A DNA stretch of 61,172 nucleotides, the filler included. It is 4 parts of 4 records of this genome, joined end to end, with 100 filler letters (N's around TTAATTAATTAA, not from the genome) between each part and the next. Parts side by side here need not be neighbours in the genome. Positions count along the whole stretch, not along the records: positions 23,393 to 45,237 come from SRR22947727_485; positions 45,338 to 61,172 come from SRR22947727_487; 2 more parts are not named here. One strand, given 5' to 3'. Shown in pieces: positions 43,298-52,600 of this stretch. The notes beneath the pieces are model-generated. The model searched no databases. It saw only the letters and a list, made by a program, of their open reading frames with translations, and was not told the DNA's origin. Position numbers and translations under genes: made by a program. Position 1 is the first letter of the stretch. Each line of letters begins with the position of its first letter.

Positions 43298-44263
43298 TTA
43301 GTCTATTGCATTACCAGAATCTTCTGGCAACTGTTTTTTCGTATTTAATCTTCCAAGTTTTTTCATCTTTTCAATTTTTTTTGTTAAACTACCAGGTCCA
43401 TCCTGAAGGCGTGATTTAGCTTCATCCATTTTTAATCTAGCTTTATCTAAAGATAGGTTAGCGGTATTAAAGGAATCATACACATTGACTGCCTTATCAT
43501 AAATTTCACTGGCTGTAGCTGCTATATCCTTAATAGTCTTTGATTGTTTATCAATACGCCACATATTTTCAACAGCTTTTAATAAAAAAGGTAATGTCGA
43601 GGGTCCTACAATTATAATTTTTTTTTGCCAAGCTTTTTCAATTAAATCTTCTGCCTCATTATATAAGGTCAACAAAGCTGGTTCGATAGGAATAAACATT
43701 AGCACAGAGTCAATAGAATTTATTTGATATAAAGAGGCATAATCATCTTTACTTAAGTCTCTAACAAAACTTTTAATTGACTCTAAAAATTTTTTTAAAA
43801 ATATTTTTTTTTGATTGTCATCATTAGAATTAGAGAAATCATGCCATGCACTTAAGGGAACTTTAGAGTCTATTACTATATCTCTATTACCTGGCATGCG
43901 AACAATAACATCTGGTTTTTGAAGATTTCCATTTTCATCTCTAAAAGCTTTTTGAGTTTCATATTCATACCCTTCTCTTAGTCCAGCTCCGTCTAAAATA
44001 TTTTTTAGAACAAATTCACCCCATGAACCTTGCTGTTGTGATCCTCCGCGAACTAAAGTGTTTTCTAATCTATTTTGAGCTAAATTAAAATTTTGTAATG
44101 ATAATTGAATTGACTCCATATGTTGCTTAAGCGAAACAATCTCACTTTCATTTTCATTTTGTTTTTTATTACTTTTGGGTAAAAAGAATCTGATAGAAAT
44201 AAGCACACCAATTCCACAAAAAAAACCTATTACAAAAACTAAAAGATATAAAGTATTATTCAT
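43298..44263 (-). CDS. rmuC: DNA recombination protein RmuC
   Basis: QGSWGE..L, PDVIV.MP, IDSKVPL, MFIP.E, PSTL. Confidence 0.9.
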   Translation of the reverse strand: MNNTLYLLVFVIGFFCGIGVLISIRFFLPKSNKKQNENESEIVSLKQHMESIQLSLQNFNLAQNRLENTLVRGGSQQQGSWGEFVLKNILDGAGLREGYEYETQKAFRDENGNLQKPDVIVRMPGNRDIVIDSKVPLSAWHDFSNSNDDNQKKIFLKKFLESIKSFVRDLSKDDYASLYQINSIDSVLMFIPIEPALLTLYNEAEDLIEKAWQKKIIIVGPSTLPFLLKAVENMWRIDKQSKTIKDIAATASEIYDKAVNVYDSFNTANLSLDKARLKMDEAKSRLQDGPGSLTKKIEKMKKLGRLNTKKQLPEDSGNAID

Positions 44264-44264
44264 T

Positions 44265-44699
44265 TTAAAAAATATTGATTGCCCATATTATTGATAAATA
44301 TATTATCAAATATCTTCCAACTTTCCCAATACTTACCAAAACTAAAAATGGAATAATTGGGTATCTTAGAGTTCCTGCAGCGAAAGTAATAGGGTCACCA
44401 ATAAAAGGAACCCATGAAAATAAAAGTGACCATTTACCATACTTAGAAAATATTTTATTTCCTCTATCAATCATTTTATTATTGATTGGAAACCAAGATT
44501 TTTTAATAAAATAATTTATATAAAATCCACAAACCCAATTAAACAACGAGCCGAGCACATTACCAACCGATACAACTATCAATAATAATAAATTATTATA
44601 TTCTCCCAATGATAGTAGAGTAATAAAGTATGCTTCTGATCCAAAAGGAATTATTGTTGCAATCGTAAAAGCAACAATAAATAATGAAACGTAAATCAT
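44265..44699 (-). CDS. YqaA/DedA (VTT) family membrane protein
   Basis: ATIIP.GSE, GNVLGS, LLFSWVPFIGDP, GKVGRY. Confidence 0.88.
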   Translation of the reverse strand: MIYVSLFIVAFTIATIIPFGSEAYFITLLSLGEYNNLLLLIVVSVGNVLGSLFNWVCGFYINYFIKKSWFPINNKMIDRGNKIFSKYGKWSLLFSWVPFIGDPITFAAGTLRYPIIPFLVLVSIGKVGRYLIIYLSIIWAINIF

Positions 44700-44717
44700 T
44701 TTTAAATTTTTATCAGG

Positions 44718-45237
44718 TTAGATAATTGACTCAATTTTTGGCATTAATTTTATTAATTCTTTTGTGTAATCATGTAAAGGATCATTAAATAATGTCTCAG
44801 TGTCATTTGACTCACATACAATTCCGTTTTTTAACACAATAATTCTATTACACATCTGCCTAATAACTGGGAGATCATGACTAATAAATAGGATTGTCAG
44901 ATGCAGTTCATCCTGAATATCCTTTAATAAATTTAATATTTGTGCCTGAATACTCACATCTAAAGCTGATGTTGGCTCATCACAAATTAATAATCTTGGT
45001 CTTGTAGCAAGCGCTCTAGCAATAGAAATTCTTTGTCTCTGACCTCCAGAAAATTCATGAGGGTATCGATCTAAAGATTTTCTAGTCATTCCAACAATAT
45101 CAATTAAATCATTTACATTTTGCTCTAAGTCATTTCTTGTAATACTTTTTTGAAAAAATTTTATGGGCTCCGCAATAATATGTTTTACTTTAAATCTTGG
45201 ATTTAAAGATGAATATGGGTCTTGAAAAATCATTTGT
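44718..45237 (-). CDS. Peptide/nickel ABC transporter ATPase, C-terminal part (5'-truncated)
   Basis: IFQDPYSSLNPR, YPHEFSGGQRQR, DEPTSALDVS. Confidence 0.9.
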
Positions 45238-45337
45238 NNNNNNNNNNNNNNNNNNNNNNNNNNNNNNNNNNNNNNNNNNNNTTAATTAATTAANNNNNNN
45301 NNNNNNNNNNNNNNNNNNNNNNNNNNNNNNNNNNNNN
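45238..45337. other. Artificial contig linker
   Basis: N44-TTAATTAATTAA-N44. Confidence 0.98.
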
Positions 45338-46142
45338 TGACCGATTCATTGATGCACTGATTTCAACGTCGATTCTGGGACAAGTAGGCGCAACCGTTCT
45401 GAACGGACTGCAAGGAAATGTTGCGATTCCCAAGATTTCAACCAGCACCGCAGCGGCATTCATTGCGGAAGGTGGATCAGTTGGAAATAGCGAGCCAGAC
45501 TTTGCTCAAGTGACGATGACCCCAAAGCTTTTGGCGAACAAGGTTGCCGTGACTCGCGAGTTGATGATTCAGAGCGACCCATCTGTCGAGCAGTTGATTC
45601 GCAACAACATGGTCCGAATTTTCGCGGCCAAAATTGACAATGTTGCTCTCAAAGGTGGCGGAAGTAATGAGCCAACCGGAATTCTAGGCACAAGCGGAAT
45701 CGGTGACGTTTCATCTGGCGGAACAAGCGGCAACGCCAATCTGACCTATGGCAATGTCGTTGATATTATGACCGAAGTCAGCCAGGACAACGCTCTTCTT
45801 GGCAATTTGCGATGGGTGACTCATCCGGCAGTCGTGGGTAAACTGATGCAGACCTTGGTTGCTGCTTCTACAGACAGTCGAATGATTATGTCTGGGCCTG
45901 ACAGCATGATGGGTTATCCGGTTGTTCAGACAACCCAAGCACCAAGTTCCTCGCCTTACTCGCTGATTTTCGGGAACTTTGCTGACCTTTACGTCGGCTT
46001 CTTCTCAGCACTGGATGTGCTGGTGGACCCATACGGTTCAGCCGGAACAGCAACGACCAATCTTTACTTCTATCAAGATTGCGATATTGCGGTTGCTCAT
46101 GCTGAAAGCTTCGCGGCAGCGCAGGACGTTACCGTAAGCTGA
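45338..46142 (+). CDS. HK97-fold major capsid protein (5'-truncated)
   Basis: Frame open from 45339: FIDAL..SIL..GA..L.GL.G.V.IPK, F.AEG, VTMTPK, G.G.NEP.GI, MGYPV, FGNF, DPY. Confidence 0.9.
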
Positions 46143-46682
46143 GTGTATCAGCTTGATGAGTTGCAAGGTTGGGGTGCTGCTCGACCTTGTATTCTCTTGT
46201 GTGGCGGACCTTCTGCGCCTTCCGATTTGGCAAAAGCCAAGGCGCAGATAGGTTCCAAAGCTTACGACTTAGCGAGTGTTAATAATCACGGCTTACTTTT
46301 TCTTGGCGAGCTGGCTTGGTGTTACGCGCATGACGTCCGAATGGTAGCGCACCTTAAAGAGTACGATTCACCAGCCATTGTTCACCATGAACCAAAGAAT
46401 TTAAGAGACAAAGACATTCACGGTGGAATTGTCCCATTCATACGACTCAGCGGACCAGAAGCACTTTGGACCGCAGACTTTTTCGGTTACTCAGAGATTC
46501 ACATTTGCGGAGTCGATTTCTACACGGGCAACCGTCGATACTGGCATCAGTGGGACTTAGACAAAAAGCCAACAAGAGTTCAGGAAGACCAACAAGGCAA
46601 GTGGATTGAGGCAAGAGACTTAATGCAGAATCCAGCAAGAGTGATTGTGTACAACGAACGACTTCAAAGGATTTTCCAATGA
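46143..46682 (+). CDS. Sialyltransferase/Maf-like (GT42/GT29/DUF115 fold) glycosyltransferase
   Basis: CILLCGGPS, SVNN, LSG..A...A..FGYSEIHICGVDFY, resembling the CstII motifs IAGNGPS / TSG / LGYKEIYLSGIDFY. Confidence 0.65.
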   Translation: MYQLDELQGWGAARPCILLCGGPSAPSDLAKAKAQIGSKAYDLASVNNHGLLFLGELAWCYAHDVRMVAHLKEYDSPAIVHHEPKNLRDKDIHGGIVPFIRLSGPEALWTADFFGYSEIHICGVDFYTGNRRYWHQWDLDKKPTRVQEDQQGKWIEARDLMQNPARVIVYNERLQRIFQ

Positions 46683-46891
46683 AGATTCAAATTATCAGAG
46701 GCACGGTGGCAAACGGTGGACCTGTTCGAGTTGGACAAGTCATTAGCGTTGACCCAAAAGAAGCAAATCAACTGATTAACATGGGCAAAGCGATTATTTA
46801 TGAGAATCGGGCCAAAGGCTTAGACGAAGCAGAAGCGCCACCAGTGACCACTCGAACCACAAAAACAGCACGAAAGCCTAAAGCCAAATGA
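46679..46891 (+). CDS. Small head-associated protein (gpFI position)
   Basis: 70 aa; GQVI.V...A.QLI.MGKA pattern with basic tail, common after capsid genes; overlapping starts and stops. Confidence 0.55.
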   Translation: MKIQIIRGTVANGGPVRVGQVISVDPKEANQLINMGKAIIYENRAKGLDEAEAPPVTTRTTKTARKPKAK

Positions 46892-47175
46892 GCGTTGAGA
46901 CTGCTGCTGATCGAACAGCACTTTTGGCAGACTACGGAACCACTGTGACAAAGGCGGACGCAAGCACATTCACAGGGATTTTTGACAATGACTTTCTGGC
47001 GGTTGATGTAGACGAGTCAGAGGTGGAAAGCTCAGAGCCAACACTACTAGCCAGAACCGCTGACGTTTCTGGTTTAGCTCATGGGGATTCGCTAACGATT
47101 AGTTCAACGAGCTATACGGTTCGAGGCATTCAACCGGATGGCACCGGAATGACGCAAATCATGTTGGGTGTGTAA
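46888..47175 (+). CDS. Head-tail joining protein (gpFII-like)
   Basis: GIFD, GD.LTI...YTV..IQPDGTGMT...L; position in the module. Confidence 0.75.
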   Translation: MSVETAADRTALLADYGTTVTKADASTFTGIFDNDFLAVDVDESEVESSEPTLLARTADVSGLAHGDSLTISSTSYTVRGIQPDGTGMTQIMLGV

Positions 47176-47603
47176 TGGCGCATAAACGAGCGCAGATTAA
47201 ATCCAGAGTGGCAACGGTTCTAACCGGACTTGCAACCACTGGAAGCAATGTCTTTCAGTCAAGAACTTATCCAATCGCAACCAGTGACTTGCCTGGACTG
47301 CTGATTTACGCAAATTCTGAAAGCATTCAACGACTAGAGATTGGCATTCAGAACAGGCAACAACGAACACTTGATTTGTCCATTGAAGCAGTAGCCAAAG
47401 GCAACACCGCAGAAAGCACACTCGACACAATCACGGTTGAAGTCGAGGAAGCAATGGCGAACGACCAGACACTCAATGGGCTGGCAATAGATTCGGCAAT
47501 CACTGACACGCAGATCCGGCAAGCGTCTGCTGAAAGTGAGTTTTTTATCGCAACTATGCGGTACACGGTCTTGTATCGCACCATCGAAAATGACGTTGAA
47601 TAA
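47175..47603 (+). CDS. Tail terminator (gpU-like)
   Basis: H.R.QI, VFQSR.YP, LP.L.IY, LD.I..EVE.A, Y.V.Y. Confidence 0.7.
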   Translation: MAHKRAQIKSRVATVLTGLATTGSNVFQSRTYPIATSDLPGLLIYANSESIQRLEIGIQNRQQRTLDLSIEAVAKGNTAESTLDTITVEVEEAMANDQTLNGLAIDSAITDTQIRQASAESEFFIATMRYTVLYRTIENDVE

Positions 47604-47615
47604 AGGAGAAGAACA

Positions 47616-48869
47616 ATGGCGATTCCAGACCGTTATCTAAGACTAAGAAGTAGTCAACCGTATATTACAACCGAAACCACTGCTGGCAGTTATGTTGCTG
47701 TTTCTGCTTCTGATGGATTTACAACCACTGAACCTTTGGCGCTATCGCAGACGTTCAACACTTCAGATATTTCTGAAGTTGGCACAAGGCTTTTGCAGAA
47801 CAGAAGTTTTGTAAATTATGCCGAAAGAGCGACTTTTGACATTCCTTTTTTGGTGAAACCTTCAGGTTCAGCCGGAACCGTCCCAGCCGAAGATACTTTG
47901 CTGCAAAAGGTTTTTGGGACACTGACCACTTCTGCTGGAGTATCAAACACTTACAGTTTCAGCCGAGTCAGCGACACCTTCCAAGTCGCGCAACTGGTAG
48001 ACACCTACAAACTCTATGTGAGCAACGGGACCGTTGTTGAAGGCTTCTCTGTAGACATTACCAGAGATGGCGTCTTCACCATGTCCGCCAATTGCCGAGC
48101 AAGCCGAATCCGCTACTCTGGACCAGTCAACGCGACAGGAACAGACGTCTCTGTTACCGATTCCTCGCCTGCCACCGTTACCTTAGATCCTGCCTCAAAC
48201 GCAGTAGCTGCCGATTACTTTTTTGCTGGGCAATTGGTTGACATTTACGATTCAAGCGACTCGCAGGTAAACACTGGCGGAGCGGCAACCATCAGCTCGC
48301 CAAGCACAACAACTGCGACGGTTGGGGTTCAGGCTGCCAGTGGTGACAGTTTCACAGTATCCGCGACTGACTACTTAGTGCCTCACTTGCCAGCCGCTAC
48401 GCTTTCGACTTATGAGCCAATCGCCACTTCAGCCGCTCAAGTTTACTTGGCAGCACAAAACACCGCAGCCGGAAGCTTGATTGCTTCAGCCAATGAGTTC
48501 TTGGCAACTGGTTTTAGCATGAGCGTCAGCAAAAACCTTGGTGATCCTGGTCTAGCAGAAATGACAGGCGACAAGTACCCAGCCGCGGCATATGTCAGCA
48601 ATGACATCACCGTCACGGGTTCTTTTGATTTCGTAATGCGACCAGCACAAGCCTACCGATTCGAGCAGTTTGCCCGATTGGAGCAAATCGCAATTGGTGT
48701 GCAGGTTGGCGACACCGCAGGAAGCATTGTTCAAATCATCATTCCTTCTGCTCGCGTTTCCATTTCAGGAACAGAGCAGGATGGAGCCGCAGCCGCTTCA
48801 GTGGACTTCGCCTTAACTCAAGGCTCAAGTGCTACGGACGCAGCCGCTTTCTCACTCATTTATAAGTAA
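47616..48869 (+). CDS. Major tail tube protein with an internal Ser/Thr-rich extra domain
   Basis: Position between terminator and chaperone; AGGAG SD; beta-rich sequence. Confidence 0.75.
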   Translation: MAIPDRYLRLRSSQPYITTETTAGSYVAVSASDGFTTTEPLALSQTFNTSDISEVGTRLLQNRSFVNYAERATFDIPFLVKPSGSAGTVPAEDTLLQKVFGTLTTSAGVSNTYSFSRVSDTFQVAQLVDTYKLYVSNGTVVEGFSVDITRDGVFTMSANCRASRIRYSGPVNATGTDVSVTDSSPATVTLDPASNAVAADYFFAGQLVDIYDSSDSQVNTGGAATISSPSTTTATVGVQAASGDSFTVSATDYLVPHLPAATLSTYEPIATSAAQVYLAAQNTAAGSLIASANEFLATGFSMSVSKNLGDPGLAEMTGDKYPAAAYVSNDITVTGSFDFVMRPAQAYRFEQFARLEQIAIGVQVGDTAGSIVQIIIPSARVSISGTEQDGAAAASVDFALTQGSSATDAAAFSLIYK

Positions 48870-48875
48870 TAATTC

Positions 48876-49232
48876 ATGCCTTCAATTTTTGACGTCCAGC
48901 GAGCAAACGAAGTAACAATTGACTTCAATGACGCAGACCTGGACCTGGAAGCAACCTTTCAATGCGTTTTACCTCACCAAAAGCTTTTGACTGAGGCTCT
49001 GAACGCAGCCACGAAGACACAAAAAGGCAAGCAGACAATTGATTCTCTTATGTTTGCTCGTAAGCTTTTTGTGCCTTGCGTGACCTCTTGGTCATTTGAT
49101 GAAGATTGTAGTGTTGAGAACAAAAGCCTGTTTGTTGGAGAAGACGCTGCTCTGAACAAGATGGCGACGCACGTCAGTTTGAAGCTGATGCGTCTGGCTC
49201 AGGCGAAAGTCGATGACGAAGAGGGAAATTAA
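48876..49232 (+). CDS. Tail assembly chaperone gpG
   Basis: Position before the tape measure gene; ends in slippery G GGA AAT TAA. Confidence 0.8.
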   Translation: MPSIFDVQRANEVTIDFNDADLDLEATFQCVLPHQKLLTEALNAATKTQKGKQTIDSLMFARKLFVPCVTSWSFDEDCSVENKSLFVGEDAALNKMATHVSLKLMRLAQAKVDDEEGN

Positions 49233-49280
49233 AAAGTTACCTAGATTTAGTTCTTGAAAGAGCGATTTATCTAGGTGACT
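49223..49280 (+). promoter_or_regulatory. Programmed -1 frameshift signal: heptamer GGGAAAT plus stem-loop
   Basis: Heptamer 49223-49229; 12-bp stem AGTTACCTAGAT (49235-49246) / ATCTAGGTGACT (49269-49280). Confidence 0.82.
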
Positions 49281-49678
49281 CAGCCGAGCATGGCATTCAG
49301 GAAGGCGACCGATACCAAGCGGTTTGGTGCTGCAAGTCTGCTGACCACGTCTGGCAAGATGACGAAGAGCCACCTTGTGCAGTTTGTCCAAACAATCTGA
49401 CGCTGACCGAGCGCAACCTAGCAGCGGTTCAGGCTTTCAGAGACTTGGACACCACCGGACGAGACTTGGGTTTTGACATTGGTTTTCTTCGAGAAGAAGC
49501 AATTGATTGCTACTTGAGAAGAGCAGAAATCAATACCGTTGAAGTCTACACTGCACTAGTGACGATTGACCGAGAAGTGACGAGTCACCGCAAGCAAGAG
49601 AACGAGCGCAAACGAGACTTGCAGAAGAAAAAGTCTTCAACCGCTCGACCTACCCCAAGACCACGAAGAAAGCGATAA
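49223..49678 (+). CDS. gpT portion of the gpGT frameshift product (about 267 aa fusion)
   Basis: -1 frame open from 49223 (GKLKSYLDLV...WCCK...PPCAVCP...) through track ORF 49445-49678 to the TAATG junction with the tape measure gene. Confidence 0.82.
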   Translation, partial: GKLKSYLDLVLERAIYLGDSAEHGIQEGDRYQAVWCCKSADHVWQDDEEPPCAVCPNNLTLTERNLAAVQAFRDLDTTGRDLGFDIGFLREEAIDCYLRRAEINTVEVYTALVTIDREVTSHRKQENERKRDLQKKKSSTARPTPRPRRKR

Positions 49679-52600
49679 TGGCAAACGCTGCATCCACGAT
49701 TGAAATTGAATTAGAGATTCGGCAAGCCATTGGACGCTTGAATAATCTGCAAAAAGAACTCAATCAAACCACGCAAAACTTCAACAAGGCAGCGGATTCG
49801 ACAAGGAAGTTTGAAGTTGCCATTGGAAAAGCCAAAACCGCTGCTGTCGCCTTTTTCTCAGTTGTAACTGCTAAGAAGATTGCAGAATTTTCTGACGTTT
49901 TCACTCAGTTTGAGAATCGCGTCAAGCTTGCCACTAACAGCCTCAATCAACAAATCGCAGTTCAAGGCGAACTCATCAAGGTTGCTCAACAAACAGCAAC
50001 ACCTTTAGCAGACATTGGGGAACTCTATTCTAGGATGAGGCTGGCTGCCGAGCAACTAGGAGCAAGTCAGCGCGACCTCATTAACATCACCAAAACTGTT
50101 GGCTTAACCTTAAAGACTCAAGGAACTTCAGCGGCAGAAGCGTCAGGTGCGTTATTACAGCTGGGGCAAGCCTTAAACTCTCCTATTGTTCAGGCCGAAG
50201 AATTCAACTCACTGCAAGATGCTTTGCCAGCACTTCTTAAAGAAGTCACCAAAAATCTTGGCTTGCAACAAGGCCAACTCAAGAAATACGTCAATGATCA
50301 GAAGCTTTCCAACAAGGATTTATTTGACGCCATTCTTGCCAGTCAGAAGTCTTTAGAACAACAAGCCAATTTAGCATCCAATACCTTTGAGTCTTTTGGA
50401 ACTAGAGTCGAAAACACTATTACAACGTCAATAGGAGCATTCTCTCGATTTATGGGGGCGACTCTTACAAAGCGATTCAGGAATTTTAAAGATGAGCTTT
50501 ACGATACTTTTCCGGCTTTAGATGAATTTACGAGCAAGCTAAACAAGGCGTTTACAATTGGGCCAGGGACTCTTGACAAGTTTACAAGATTTTTTGTTTT
50601 GGGCGAACAACCACCACAAGAAGGAGGTGGAAGCGCAAATCTTGATGAACGCATCACTGCACCAGCCGTACAGCAAACAAATTATCAATCAGAATTTTTT
50701 AAGAAAACCATTCAAGACCTTGAAGTCTTCTTAGGTGACATTGAAAAGTATAGACCAGCAGTTGAAGCAGAGCTTGATAAACTACTGATAAACACGAGCA
50801 AAATTTTAAATGAAATTGGTGAAGATAATTTGGTTTATCTGACAAATTACGGCTCAGATCAAGGAATTCCGCTTCAACAATACATTACGGAACTTTCAAA
50901 AATTGTTGAAATCATCCAAACCGCAGTCAAATCTCAGGAAGAATACAATCGCTTAAAAATCAAAGACGCACAAATTACTGAAGAAGGCGCAGCACTCGAC
51001 CAAAAAATTTTGGACGCAAAATTCGCCATCAACAAAGTGCAAGAAGAACTCAATCGACTGCAAAATATTAGCATTTATGACGGCATTCTAAATGCTCTTA
51101 AGCGGTTTCTTGGCATTCAGCAAGACATTACCGACGAAACAGAAAAGCAGTTAAGCAATGCTGAAAAGCAAGCAAAAGCCAGGGAGCAATACGTCAATGC
51201 GGTTGGTGACACTGTTGTTGATGGGGTTTTTAGTGCTGGAGAAAATGCAACCAGAGCAGGACAAGCCGCACAAGCTTATGGCGCGGCAGGTGGTGGAATA
51301 CCTGGTTTAATCAATGCTGCCGCTTCTGCTGCTCTAAGCAACGAAAAGGTTGCCGCTGCGATAGATGAGCAGTTTGCCATTCTTTTTGACACATTAGACC
51401 CACTGATTGACATTTTGGCGGATTTGCAGAGTGCGATTAATCGCTTAGTTAAAGCATTGATTGAAGGAATAACAAGCGGAATTGAAAAAGGACTTGATGC
51501 CGTTGGATTGGGGCCAAATGGTTATCTTTTTGGAGGTGGGTTTGCCAGAGATATGCAGGGTTTAGGAGGATTTCAGCAAACACCTAATTACAATCCATCA
51601 AGTGAAATCGCAGCGCAAGCCTCACAAACATTGTTTGAAGAAACAATTGACCCAAACCAAACGCCAGCAGAATTACAAGGAAAAGTCGATGAACTAATTC
51701 AATCATCAGAACAGACAAATCTTGGTGTAGTTTTAAGCAGTTATGAAGAGAAACTAAACACAGCAATTGCAGAGTTAGAGTCTTCAAAATCTGATGTAAA
51801 GGTTGCCGTAAATCTTGGATATGGAAATTCTGTACAAGAATACATGCTGACGTTTGAACAGTTCTTAGAAGCCGAAGCTAAAATGAATGAGGCGGGTTAT
51901 GGATTTCATCAAAAAGCTTTTGACAGGATTTACAATGAGTTCATGAAAGAATTTGAAAAAACGGATGCAGCAATTGAAGAAATTGAAGAAAAAGCTGCAC
52001 AAGTGATACAAGGCTTGATTGGTTCAGTTGTTAATCAGAGTGTATCTGGGTTAAACGAGTTAATCCAATCCGCACAAGACCAGATTGACGCAATTAATTT
52101 CCAGAATCTAAGCATTGAAGAGCAGATTGAGTTTCGATACCAAGAGTCAATTGCGACGATTGAACAGCAAAAAGCCTTGGCGGACTTAATAGATGATGAA
52201 GTCTTACGGACTCAGTTGCTCAATGCAGCAAACAAAGCAGAAGCGAAAACGATTGAACTGAAAAACAAGCAATTAGACCAACTCGAACGAGAACAGCAAC
52301 TGCTGGCACTGCAAAACGTTGAAACCGGACTGCAAGCCTTGTTGTCAGATTTTGAGCGCACGATTGAAAAAATTGATGAGTTGGTGCAAGGACTCTTTAA
52401 CCAAGTCCAAGAACTACTATTTTCGGACTTTTCGCCATTGGGTCCGCAAGAACAATTCGCTCAAGCTCAAAGCACTTACGAAAGCCTGCTAGAGAATGCC
52501 TTTGATGCTGATGCGACCGAGGAAGATATTAAACTTTTGCAAGGATTCGTTAATGAATACTTGAGCGCAGCCAGAAACGTATTTAAATCTTCAACAGCCT

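Noticed and set aside
46033-49370. Short 12-14 bp repeats in phage genes (GGTTCAGCCGGAAC in capsid and tube; GATGACGAAGAG twice in G/T)
   Set aside because: Explained by recurring peptide words (GSAGT, DDEE) and codon bias; no regular spacing.
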